From contig CAWJMB010000002.1 of the NCBI GenBank assembly GCA_963843845.1, positions 1,696,001 through 1,760,000 on the forward strand: a DNA stretch of 64,000 nt, given 5' to 3'. Below the pieces are notes generated by a model, which saw nothing but the letters and a program-made list of their open reading frames with translations, made no database searches and was not told where the DNA came from. A program made the position numbers and the translations under genes. The stretch is from an uncultured Gemmatimonadaceae bacterium. Its GTDB lineage: Bacteria; Gemmatimonadota; Gemmatimonadetes; Gemmatimonadales; Gemmatimonadaceae. The stretch's first letter is position 1, and every line of letters starts with the position of its first letter. Positions 39,644 to 48,843 of this stretch are shown here, one piece after another.

Positions 39644-40393
39644 TCAGCCGCCGGTCGCAGGGTCACGGCGTGCGACGATGCAGATGTGACGCGACGCCGA
39701 CGCGCCGATGCGCCGGCCGATCGCGGAGAGCGCGCGGGCAAGCGGAAGGTTGGCGCGGAGCGCACGCGCCGGTCGCGATCGGCGGACCGCCTTGAGCCAC
39801 CCCTCGAACTGGTAGCTGAATCGGTCACCGAGATAGGACACGGTCTCGACCTGCAGCGGCCCGCTCTCGACGAGGGCCACGAAGGTCGGGAAGTCGCGCG
39901 GGTGCATGTGCTCGGTGAAGATCGCGCGACCGCCCGGCGCGAGAACGTCATGGATCGCCCGAAGCGCGTCGGCGTTTCCCCGTGGGCCGAGTCGCCAGCT
40001 CTGAAGCCCGTCGGAGGCGATCACGACGTCGAATTGCCGGTCGGCGAACGGAAGCGTCCGCACGGTCGCGACGGCAAATTCAACGACCCGAGTGGCTCGC
40101 CCCCGGTCGAGACAGTCGCGAACCCGCTCGCGCGCACGGCGCACCGCGGTAGGCGCGACGTCCACCGCCACGAGAGCGCCGGGCAGGGCGGCCGGAAGAG
40201 CAGCGAGTCGTTCGGTCATCAGCCCCAGGCTGCACCCGAGCTCGAGCACCGTGCCCGGGCCGAGCGCCCGAACCATCTCGGTCACGCGCTCGTGACGCAA
40301 CACTTCGACGGCGCGGTCGCTGTACGACCAGGGCTCGCCCCCGGCACGGTAGAGGCCTTCGAAGTGGCCGTGTGAATCCACGTCGTCGTTCAT
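39644..40393 (-). CDS. Class I SAM-dependent methyltransferase (NodS-like N-terminus)
   Basis: FEGLYRAGGEPWSY, VLELGCSLG, VDVA, FDVVIASD. Confidence 0.85.
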   Translation of the reverse strand: MNDDVDSHGHFEGLYRAGGEPWSYSDRAVEVLRHERVTEMVRALGPGTVLELGCSLGLMTERLAALPAALPGALVAVDVAPTAVRRARERVRDCLDRGRATRVVEFAVATVRTLPFADRQFDVVIASDGLQSWRLGPRGNADALRAIHDVLAPGGRAIFTEHMHPRDFPTFVALVESGPLQVETVSYLGDRFSYQFEGWLKAVRRSRPARALRANLPLARALSAIGRRIGASASRHICIVARRDPATGG

Positions 40394-40450
40394 CGCGCGC
40401 GCGAGTCGTACTCGCGAGGTGCTCTCGGCGTGGGCATCCGGACGGGCGCC

Positions 40451-41167
40451 TCAGGCGCGGTGGAACGGCAGCCTCAGGAGGTCCCAGGCGAGCCTGCGGA
40501 GCGTCGTGTCGCGCGACACCTCGATGCGGCGAAGTGCGAAGAGCGGAGTGTGGTCGAAGTTCATCCGCCGGCGTACCGCAGCCCCCGCGCGATATCCCGC
40601 CGCCTGCGCGAGTCGCATGACGGAGGGATCGTGGTCGCCCCAAGGGTACGCGACGGCGTCCACCCGCGCGCCGAGCAGATCCTCGAGCGCCTCGCGCGAG
40701 TCGCGTAGCTCGGCCAGCGCGTCACGCGCCGGCAGCGCGGGCAGTCGCGCGTGGGTGCGCGTGTGCGACTGAAAATCGATTCCGGCGCGCTGCATCTCGC
40801 GGATCGCGCCGGCATCGAGCAACGGCTCCTGCGCCGCGTCCGCGTCCCACTCGTTGGTCCGGCCGAGCAGCCCCGGGACGACGAAGATCGTCGCAGGAAC
40901 GTTCGCGCTGGTGAGCATGGGGAAGGCGATCTGGTAGTTGCTCCGGTACCCGTCGTCGAACGTCACGACGACCGGCAGCGGCGGGAGTTCGGCCTCGCCG
41001 TGGCGGTACGCGACGTATCGCGCGAGAGTCACGGGCCGCCGGCCGAGCCGTCTCAGCAGCGCGAGCTGCGCTGCGAACCGCGTCGGCGGGACGTACAACT
41101 GCGGGTAGCGCGCGTCCTCGGGCGGCTCGTCGACCTTGTGATACACCAGGATCGGGACTGACGGCAT
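40451..41167 (-). CDS. Polysaccharide deacetylase (NodB/CE4)
   Basis: PILVYHKV, TFDDGY, SHTRTH, AYPWG. Confidence 0.92.
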   Translation of the reverse strand: MPSVPILVYHKVDEPPEDARYPQLYVPPTRFAAQLALLRRLGRRPVTLARYVAYRHGEAELPPLPVVVTFDDGYRSNYQIAFPMLTSANVPATIFVVPGLLGRTNEWDADAAQEPLLDAGAIREMQRAGIDFQSHTRTHARLPALPARDALAELRDSREALEDLLGARVDAVAYPWGDHDPSVMRLAQAAGYRAGAAVRRRMNFDHTPLFALRRIEVSRDTTLRRLAWDLLRLPFHRA

Positions 41168-41212
41168 CGCCGAGCGATGGAGGGGGGTCGACGACGAGCG
41201 CGAGCCGGCATA

Positions 41213-41247
41213 CGCGAAACGCCGCCGGGTCCTCGGCGGCGTTCGCG
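41213..41247 (-). terminator. GC-rich hairpin immediately downstream of tRNA-Ser(GCT)
   Basis: cgcgaaacgccgccg-ggtcct-cggcggcgttcgcg; no long U tract. Confidence 0.5.
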
Positions 41248-41252
41248 GTCTA

Positions 41253-41342
41253 CGGAGAGAGCGGGATTCGAACCCGCGATAGAGGTTGACCCCCTATGCC
41301 GGTTTAGCAAACCGGTGCCTTCAGCCTCTCGGCCATCCCTCC
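41253..41342 (-). tRNA. tRNA-Ser(GCT)
   Basis: GGAGGGATGGCCGAGAGGCTGAAGGCACCGGTTTGCTAAACCGGC...GGTTCGAATCCCGCTCTCTCCG; long variable arm. Confidence 0.96.
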
Positions 41343-41379
41343 AGAGCGAGCTACGATCAGTGAGCGGACAGGCGCCGAG

Positions 41380-41470
41380 CGGAGGGCCGGGGGGATTCGA
41401 ACCCTGAAGTCGCCTTCGCGACGCCGGAGTTTTCAAGACTGCTGCCTTAACCATCGGCTCGGCCCTGCCC
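41380..41470 (-). tRNA. tRNA-Ser(TGA)-like gene, structurally aberrant
   Basis: D arm GCCG-ATGGTTA-AGGC, loop CTTGAAA, variable hairpin GTCGC-GAAG-GCGAC and GGTTCGAATCC are present. Mismatches in the anticodon, T and acceptor stems. Confidence 0.65.
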
Positions 41471-41523
41471 GAATCGCGAATGCTCGGGGCCGAGCTGCGA
41501 AATCTCGTCATCGTGCGTGCGCG

Positions 41524-41968
41524 TCAGGCTTCGGCGTCCGGCGTCGGGCATGAACGCGAACATCGGCGCGAGCGCCTCGAGGCGGCACCAGCCGCGCGCC
41601 GGCCGGACGGCGACGACGAACGCGCACGCTCGGGCTTGGGCACGTGCGCGTATGCCGTCCAGAATGCCCGCTCGCGCGGCAGGAACGCGCTCGTAGTCGA
41701 TGCTGGCCGCCGGGTCGGCCGCGTCCACGACGAACGTCAGCCGGCGGCGGCCTCGACGGTGCGCATGTGCGGGACGACGGTCGCCTCCTCGCCGAAGACG
41801 GCGACGGCGAGGCCGCAGAGCGCGTTGTGGAACGGCTCCAGCCGGTGCCGCGCCATGAGCGCGCGCGACGTCGTTGCGCGCGGGCACGCTGCGGCGATCC
41901 GCGACGTCTGCGATCGTGCGCGCTCGACGCGCTCGGCGCGAAGGTTGGCAGGCGTGTCGGTCGGACAT
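41524..41968 (-). CDS. Hypothetical protein (~150 aa, several frameshifts)
   Basis: SD GGAGG then ATG at 41968. Coherent segments across frames: HRLEPFHNALCGLAVAVFGEEA, RLTFVVDAAD, FWTAYAHVP, FVVAVRPARGWCRLEALAPMF. Confidence 0.5.
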
Positions 41969-42051
41969 GAGGCCTCCTGGACAGAGAGACGAGCGGCGGA
42001 CCGGGTCATCGACGCCACCGCTCGCAAACCGCCGCACCGTCGCCTCGTGCG

Positions 42052-44438
42052 TCAGGGTGACTTCGATGCGCGCGAGTCGGCGGGAGCCGCTGGTGCAGTC
42101 GGCGCGGCGGGAATCAGGCCCTGGAGCGGCGCGTCGGCCGCGCGTCGACGCCGGCCTGCGGGCGGTCGAGGCCGAAGTCGCGCGTGCTGCGCATCGCGCT
42201 CGCGACCTGCTTCGTCTGCGCGAGGATGCTCTGTCCGCTTGCGTCTTGCCCTGACGCGCCAGCGCGTCGGCGAGCTCGAGCCCGGTGATCGTGTACAGAT
42301 CCGGGATGCCGCGACTCGGCATGTCGACCCAGTCGCCGCGCGCGAATGAGCGCCTTCGGTCCTTCGAACACGTTCTGCCACAGCTCGGTCGAGCGCGTGA
42401 GATCGACCCACCCTTCGCCAGGCATCATGACGACGTCGTTCGACGGGGTCGGCGGGGTGGTGACGAGCTTGCGGGCCAGTCCCGTCGTGAGCAGGTGGCT
42501 CTGCAGCCCGAGCTCCTGCCCGTACCCGCCCGCCGTGCGGCTGAAGTACACCGGGCGCGTCGGGTAGGCGTCGCGGATCATGTAGAGCACGAGCAGGTCG
42601 GCGCGATAGAGCTGCTGCTGCGCGACGGTCGCCGTGATCGTGTCCGTGCCGACGATCTTCTGGAACGTCCGCGCGTTGCCGAGGTCGACGCCCAACGGGA
42701 TCGCGTCGAGCTCCTGCATCGACAGATTGATCGGCGGACCGGTCGGCTTCGCCCACTGCTGCGTCGCGATAGATCGCCGGGCCCTTCGCCGCGTCGTACT
42801 CGTACACCGGGCGGCGCACGAACTGACGCGTGTACCAGTCGGTGTTGAGCAGCGACGTGTTCGCGACGACGACGTCCTTGCGGATGCCTTCGACCTCCTG
42901 CGCGTACCAGAGCGGGAACGTGTCGTTGTCGCCGACGGTGACGAGAATGCCGTACGGCTCGACGGAGTTGAGCAGGTCCTTCGCGAACGCCGCGGTGTCG
43001 TGTCTGGTCCGCGCGCGACGCCTGCGTCCAGTTCGCTGAACGAGCGGGATGAGCGCGAGCGCGAGCGTCGGCGACGCGAGCAGCCAGCTCCGCCGGCGCG
43101 GCTGCTCCACGACGCTCGCGGCCGAGCTTCACCTGATCCGTGCCGAACAGCGCGGCGATCGACTCCCAGATCCAGACGAGCCCGAGCGCTGCCCACACGC
43201 CCCACGTCGAGAAGCTCCAGAGGTAGAAGTAGTCGCGGTCGCGGACCTCGCGTTCGACGCTGTCGCCAGCTCCGGCGCCTGCGACGCGCCGTACTTGAAG
43301 TTCATGTAGTAGATGAGCGCGAACGTCACCGTGAACACCAGCGGCCCGAAGAACCAGAAGCTTCGTCGGTCGCGCTTGCAGTGGACCCACCCGCCGACGA
43401 GCCCAAGCGCGAGGAAGAGCACGGCGAGCCCGCTCTGCAGGCCCGGCTGGTCGTTGTGCGCGTCGCGCAGCCACTGCCACTTGAAGTAGAGCCACCACAT
43501 GCCGACCTGCGCGGTGAACGGCGCCTGCCGCTCGGCGAGCGTACGGCTTGCCGTACTGGTCGCGGTTGATGTTCGCCATCAGGCGCGTCGTACGTGACCT
43601 TGCTCAGCGTGCAGCTCGACCTTGATGCCTGTCGGTGCACGCCGTCGGCTCGCCTTCGTTGATCGCCGGAAAGTGCGCGGCGCGAATCGGCTGATAGACG
43701 AACGGCGTGAGCCCGATCACGAACGCCGCGGCGCCGGCGAGCAGCAGCCGCCAGCGCAGCGAGCGTGAGCGGCTTGCGGATGAGCACCGCCGCGGCGACG
43801 GCCGGCGCGACGAGAAAGCCGGCCGGGTGATTCGCGTAGCCGAGTCCGATGAGATAGGCGACGAGCACGAGGATGCGGTCGGCCTTGCGCCCTTCCGGCT
43901 CGTCGGACCAGCGCACCATGAGCCACGACACGATGGCGAAGAAGAGCAGCGAGACGGTGTAGACCTTCTCGTTCACGACGCTCTGGTTCCACACCGTGAA
44001 CGCCGTGCGCGCCGATGAGCGCCGCGAGCGCGCCGCCGACGATCGCGCTGCCACCGCTCCGCGAGCCAGCTCACGAGCACGCGCTCGGTGACGAGGAACC
44101 ACAGCCCCGCCGAGACGCGCGCGTGCAGACCGCGGCGAGCACGTTGATGCGGGCCGCGACGTTCGTGGCGATCGGGAGGATCGAGACGACGCGCCCGAGC
44201 AGCACGAAGAACGGGTTGCCCGGCGGGTGCGGGATGCCGAGGACGTAGGCGGCGGCGATGTACTCGCTCGTGTCCCACATCGACGTCGATGGGGCGAGCG
44301 TGACGAGGTACAGCGCGAGCATGACGAGCGTGACGACGCCGGCGGCGAGATAGGACGGCCGGTAGTCGAGCTCGCTCGTCGCGCGTCGCCGAACGCTCGG
44401 CTGCCGCAGACGCGCTCGGTTCGGACGGTGGTAGCCAT
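42052..44438 (-). CDS. DUF2723 (TMEM260-like) membrane glycosyltransferase (many frameshifts; 3' end approximate)
   Basis: [66 protein letters not shown]. Confidence 0.85.
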
Positions 44439-44533
44439 GAGAGGTGGAGCGGGGACGCAGGGACTGCCGGACGTAAACTCGAACAATAGCGGGGGCGTCA
44501 CTTCGAACTGCCGCCGCTCGGGACAGCCGGGCG

Positions 44534-46096
44534 TCAGTGCCGGAACAGCCGCGTCCCGGTGAAGACCATCGCGATGCCGTGCTCGTTCGCCGCGGCGATG
44601 ACCTCGGCGTCGCGCACCGAGCCGCCGGGCTGCACGATCGCCCGGACGCCGGCCGCGGCCGCGTGGTCGACGCCGTCGCGGAACGGGAAGAAGGCGTCGG
44701 ACGCGAGCACGGCGCCGGCGGTCGGGTGGCCGGCCTGCGCGCGCCTTGTGACGCGGCGAGGAACGACGCGTCGACGCGCGACATCTGCCCCGCGCCGATG
44801 CCGATCGTCGCCCCGCCGCGCGCGAGCACGATCGCGTTCGACTTGACGCTCGCCACGGCGCGCCACGCGAAGCGCAGGTCGTGCTCCTCCTGCGCGGTCG
44901 GCTGGCGCTCGGTGACGACCTGCCAGCCGCGTCGACGGTGATCGCGGGCAGCACGATCCTGCACGAGCAGGCCGCCGCGCACGCGCTTGACGTCGAGCGA
45001 GCGACGGTCGGCGCCGACGCGCCCCTCGAGCACGCGCAGGTTCTTCTTGCGGCCGAGCGTCTCGATCGCGGCGTCCGAGAACGACGGGGCGACGATGCAC
45101 TCGACGAACAGGCTTGCCGAACGCCTCGGCCGTCGCGTCGTCGACCGGGGCGGTGAACGCGATCGACGGAGCCGAACGCGCTCGTCGGATCGCAGGCCAG
45201 CGCCTTCCGGTACGCGTCGAGCGACGTCGCGCCGACCGCGAGGCCGCACGGCGTCGTGTGCTTGATGATCGCGCAGCAGAACCGCCTCGCCAGAGGCGCG
45301 TCGGCGAACGGCTCGATCGCGAGCAGGGCGCCCTCGAGGTCGAGCAGGTTGTTGAACGACAGCTCCTTGCCGCCGCGCTGCACGAGCGCGCCGAGCCCGC
45401 GGCCGCGCGCTCGACGTAGAACGCCGCGCGCTGCTGCGGGTTCTCGCCGTAGCGGAGCGCCTGTGCGCGCTCGAACGCGAGCGACAGTCGCTCCGGAAAG
45501 CGCTCGTTCTCCTGCTCGGCGAACCAGGCCGCGATCGCCGCGTCGTACGCGGCCGTGTGCGCGAAGACCTTCGCCGCGAGCGAGCGGCGGAACGCGAGGC
45601 GACGTGCCGCATCACCATCCGTATCGTCGCCGAGCGCGTCGAGCACGCGCCCGTAGTCGCTCGGATCGACGACGACGGTGACCGCGTCGAAGTTCTTCGC
45701 GGCCGAGCGCAGCATGGACGGCCCGCCGATGTCGATCTGCTCGATGACGTCGTCAGGCGCGACGTCGGGGCGCGCCGCCGTCTCGCGGAACGGATACAGG
45801 TTCACGACGACGAGGTCGATCGGCGCGATGCCGTGCTCCGCGATCGCCGCCATGTGCTCGGCGAGGTCGCGACGCGCCAGCAGCCCGCCGTGCACCGCGG
45901 GGTGCAGCGTCTTCACGCGTCCGTCGAGCATCTCGGGAAAGCGCGTGACGTCGCTGACATCCGCGACGACGAGGCCCGCGTCGCGAAGCGCTCGCGCGGT
46001 GCCGCCGGTCGAGATCAGCTCGACGCCGCGCGCCGAGAGCTGCCGCGCGAAGTCGACGAGGCCGGACTTGTCAGAGACGGAGAGGAGGGCGCGCAT
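44534..46096 (-). CDS. purH: Bifunctional AICAR transformylase/IMP cyclohydrolase (frameshifted)
   Basis: [60 protein letters not shown]. Confidence 0.95.
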   Translation of the reverse strand: MRALLSVSDKSGLVDFARQLSARGVELISTGGTARALRDAGLVVADVSDVTRFPEMLDGRVKTLHPAVHGGLLARRDLAEHMAAIAEHGIAPIDLVVVNLYPFRETAARPDVAPDDVIEQIDIGGPSMLRSAAKNFDAVTVVVDPSDYGRVLDALGDDTDGDAARRLAFRRSLAAKVFAHTAAYDAAIAAWFAEQENERFPERLSLAFERAQALRYGENPQQRAAFYVERAAAGSARSCSAAARSCRSTTCSTSRAPCSRSSRSPTRLWRGGSAARSSSTRRRAASRSARRRSTRTGRRWPAIRRARSAPSIAFTAPVDDATAEAFGKPVRRVHRRPVVLGRRDRDARPQEEPARARGARRRRPSLARRQARARRPARAGSCCPRSPSTRLAGRHRAPADRAGGARPALRVARRGERQVERDRARARRGDDRHRRGADVARRRVVPRRVTRRAQAGHPTAGAVLASDAFFPFRDGVDHAAAAGVRAIVQPGGSVRDAEVIAAANEHGIAMVFTGTRLFRH

Positions 46097-46153
46097 GGAG
46101 AGGGACAGAGCGGTGAACGCAGAGCGCCGCGCGACGAGCGCAGCGCGATGAAG

Positions 46154-46885
46154 TCAGCCGACGACGCGATCCAGGTCGCGTGCGGCGGCGCCGCCGGTGC
46201 CGAAGGTGAACACGGCGTCGGCCGGACCGTCGGCGAAGGCGCCGACGACCGAGCCGTCAGGCGCGAGCCGCACACGACCTGCGGCGACGGCGTCGACGAC
46301 ACGCGGCAGGAGCAGGTGCTCCGCGCGCAGCACGCGCGCCGCGAGCGTCTCGGCGAAATCGGTCGCGAAGACAGGGGTCGGCCACTGCGCGATGATGGGG
46401 CCGCGGTCGTACTGCTCGTCCACGAAGTGCACGGTCGCGCCGGTGACCTTCGCGCCCGACGCGAGCACGGCGTCGTGTACGCGGTGGCCGTACAACCCGG
46501 TGCCGCCGAACGACGGGAGCAGCGCCGGGTGCACGTTCAGCATGCGACCGCGAAAGCGGCGCACGACGTCGGCCGGGACGAGCTTGAGGTAGCCGGCGAG
46601 CACCACGAGGTCGACCCCATGCGCGGCGAACCGGTCGAAGAACCACGACGCGTCGCGCGGATCGTCCGCGACCGCGCCCGGGACGGCGGAGCGCGCAGCC
46701 CGGTCGAGTGCGCCGGCGTCGCGGCGGTTCGAAACGACGAGCGCGACGTCGGCCGCGCGCCGGTCACCCAACGACTCGAGATAGTCGAGCACCGCCTGCA
46801 GATTCGACCCGCCGCCCGAAGCGAGCACGGCGACGCGGGCCCGCGGGCGCGGCATGCGTTCGTGCGCCGCCACGGCGTCGCTCAC
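46154..46885 (-). CDS. purN: Phosphoribosylglycinamide formyltransferase
   Basis: VLASGGGSNLQA, LAGYLK, NVHPALLP, GATVHFVDEQYDRGPII. Confidence 0.95.
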   Translation of the reverse strand: MSDAVAAHERMPRPRARVAVLASGGGSNLQAVLDYLESLGDRRAADVALVVSNRRDAGALDRAARSAVPGAVADDPRDASWFFDRFAAHGVDLVVLAGYLKLVPADVVRRFRGRMLNVHPALLPSFGGTGLYGHRVHDAVLASGAKVTGATVHFVDEQYDRGPIIAQWPTPVFATDFAETLAARVLRAEHLLLPRVVDAVAAGRVRLAPDGSVVGAFADGPADAVFTFGTGGAAARDLDRVVG

Positions 46886-47440
46886 AGTCTCTCCCATCCG
46901 CCGCGCAACACGCGCTCGATCGCCGCCTCGAGCGACGTGCTCAACGCGAAGCGGTCGCGCGCCGTCTGCTGATCGAGCCACGGCGTGTCGCGGGATGGGA
47001 CGAGCACGCCGATCCCTCCGAAGCGCGCGGCCGGCTCGACGTCGCGCAGCCGGTCGCCGACGTAGGCCGAGCGAGCGAGGTCGAGCGCGTGTTCTGCCGA
47101 CGCGCGCTCGTAGAGGGCGGGCGCGGGCTTCCGACACGCGCACGCCCCGGTGAGCTCGGGGAGGTGCGGACAGTGGTACGTCGCGTCGAGACGCGCGCCG
47201 GCGGTGCCTGAACAGCTCGTCGAGTCGCGCCGTGACCGCCCTGAACGCGTCCTCGGTCACGAGTCCGCGCGCGATCCCCGACTGGTTCGTGACGACGATG
47301 GCCTTCCAGCCGGCGTCGTTGACGCGCCGCACGGCGGACGCGGCGCCAGGGCGCAACGACACCTGCGCGGGATCGGCGAGATAGTGCATGTCGTCGATCA
47401 GCGTGCCGTCGCGGTCGAAGAACACGGCGCGCGCACTCAT
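46882..47440 (-). CDS. gmhB: D-glycero-D-manno-heptose 1,7-bisphosphate phosphatase-like HAD (frameshifted)
   Basis: AVFFDRDGTL, VTNQSGIARG, YHCPH...CRKP, VGDR. Confidence 0.85.
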
Positions 47441-48843
47441 CGCGGCGTGCCGACCGTGTCGCGCGGCGCAGGCGCACGCCGCGTCGTGTCGGCCGGCGGC
47501 GCCGCGCGCGGCGTCGAGAAGGCGCGCTCGCTCGACGGTGTCGTGGCGCCGGCGAGGCCGCGCAGCTCGATCGCGACGACGCGGTACTGCGTCTGCGGGC
47601 GGAGCGGCTGGGCGAGGACGAGCGTCACTTCGCTCACCGGGCTCGGACGGCTCGGCTTCGGCGGCGGCGGCGGGGCGGGGCGGCGTCCACGGAGCGTGTC
47701 GCGCCGCGCGGCCACGGTATCGACCGTGGGCGGTGGCGGTGCGGCGCGCCGTGTGGTGTCGCGGGCGGCGGCCTCGCGCGCAGCAGAGTCGGCCGATGCC
47801 TTCCGCCGCGCCGCGTCGAGCGAGTCGAACAGCGCGGCCGGGTAGACGGCGCGGATCGGCGCCGCGGTCGAGTCGCGCGTCACGACGCGGAAGCGCGCGT
47901 TCGGCAGCGCCTGCAACGGCGAGTCGGCGAGTGGCCGGTCGAACGTGATCCGCACGGTCACGCTGTCGCGGAGCGTCACCGATCCGATCCTGGGTCCGAC
48001 CGTATCGTGAACGAACGCGAGCAGCTCGATGCGAGCGGAGTCGCCTGACGCGAGCTGCGGCGGGCTCGCGCGCACCGTGTCGAACGGCTCGCGTGGGTCC
48101 AAGTCGCGGTTGCCGTTCGCGTCGACGAAGCCCCGCACGAGGTACGTGGCGGGCGGAAGGTTCGGGATCGTGAAGCGGCCGACGCTGTCGGCCACGGTGT
48201 AGTACGTCGTGCTGTCGGGCGCCACCGCCTCGACGACGGCGCGCCCCGCCGGCCTCGCGCCCACCCAGTCGAACACGATTCCGCCGAGCCGCGCCGTGGC
48301 GAGCGTGGGCCCCGTGGAGAACGTGCGGACGATCGCCGTGTCGCGAACGTTCTGCCGGAGGTCGGCGAGCCCCGGCAGGATCGTCAATGTGTAGGTGGTG
48401 TTCGGCCGGAGCGGATCGCGCGGGCGCACCGTCACGCGGTCGCGCCGCCACTCCACGGTGAGCGCGCCGGCGCGCGGCGACAGCAGGACGATGCCGGCGA
48501 GCGACGCGCTCCCCGAGGTGCCGGTGAACGACCCGCCTCCCGCCGATGGGGCGCCGAACGACGAGGCCGCGCCGCTCGGCACTTCGGCGACGACCTCGTC
48601 GAACTGCAGCTCGATCGCGCGCGGCCGCACGTTGGTGGCGCCGCTGTCGGGCGTGATGCGAACGAGCCGCGGCGCGGCCGAGTCGGGCGGGCCGCCAGGC
48701 GGGAGGCCTGGTGACGCGCACGCCGACGTCCCCAACGTGCCGACGGCACCGATCGTGGCGAACGCGGTTCCCGTGGCCGACGCGACGACGGAGGCGATCC
48801 CCGCCAGACGGCGTCGACCAGGCGAGCGGCGACGCACCGTCAC
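47437..48843 (-). CDS. Ig-like (Big_5) domain lipoprotein
   Basis: SACASPGLPPGGPPDSAAP, LRPNTTYTL...GLADLRQN, FVDANGNRDLD. Confidence 0.82.
   Translation of the reverse strand: MTVRRRSPGRRRLAGIASVVASATGTAFATIGAVGTLGTSACASPGLPPGGPPDSAAPRLVRITPDSGATNVRPRAIELQFDEVVAEVPSGAASSFGAPSAGGGSFTGTSGSASLAGIVLLSPRAGALTVEWRRDRVTVRPRDPLRPNTTYTLTILPGLADLRQNVRDTAIVRTFSTGPTLATARLGGIVFDWVGARPAGRAVVEAVAPDSTTYYTVADSVGRFTIPNLPPATYLVRGFVDANGNRDLDPREPFDTVRASPPQLASGDSARIELLAFVHDTVGPRIGSVTLRDSVTVRITFDRPLADSPLQALPNARFRVVTRDSTAAPIRAVYPAALFDSLDAARRKASADSAAREAAARDTTRRAAPPPPTVDTVAARRDTLRGRRPAPPPPPKPSRPSPVSEVTLVLAQPLRPQTQYRVVAIELRGLAGATTPSSERAFSTPRAAPPADTTRRAPAPRDTVGTPR

Noticed and set aside
41380..41470. tRNA-Sec
   Set aside because: Anticodon is TGA (reads UCA, Ser), not TCA; no sel genes nearby.
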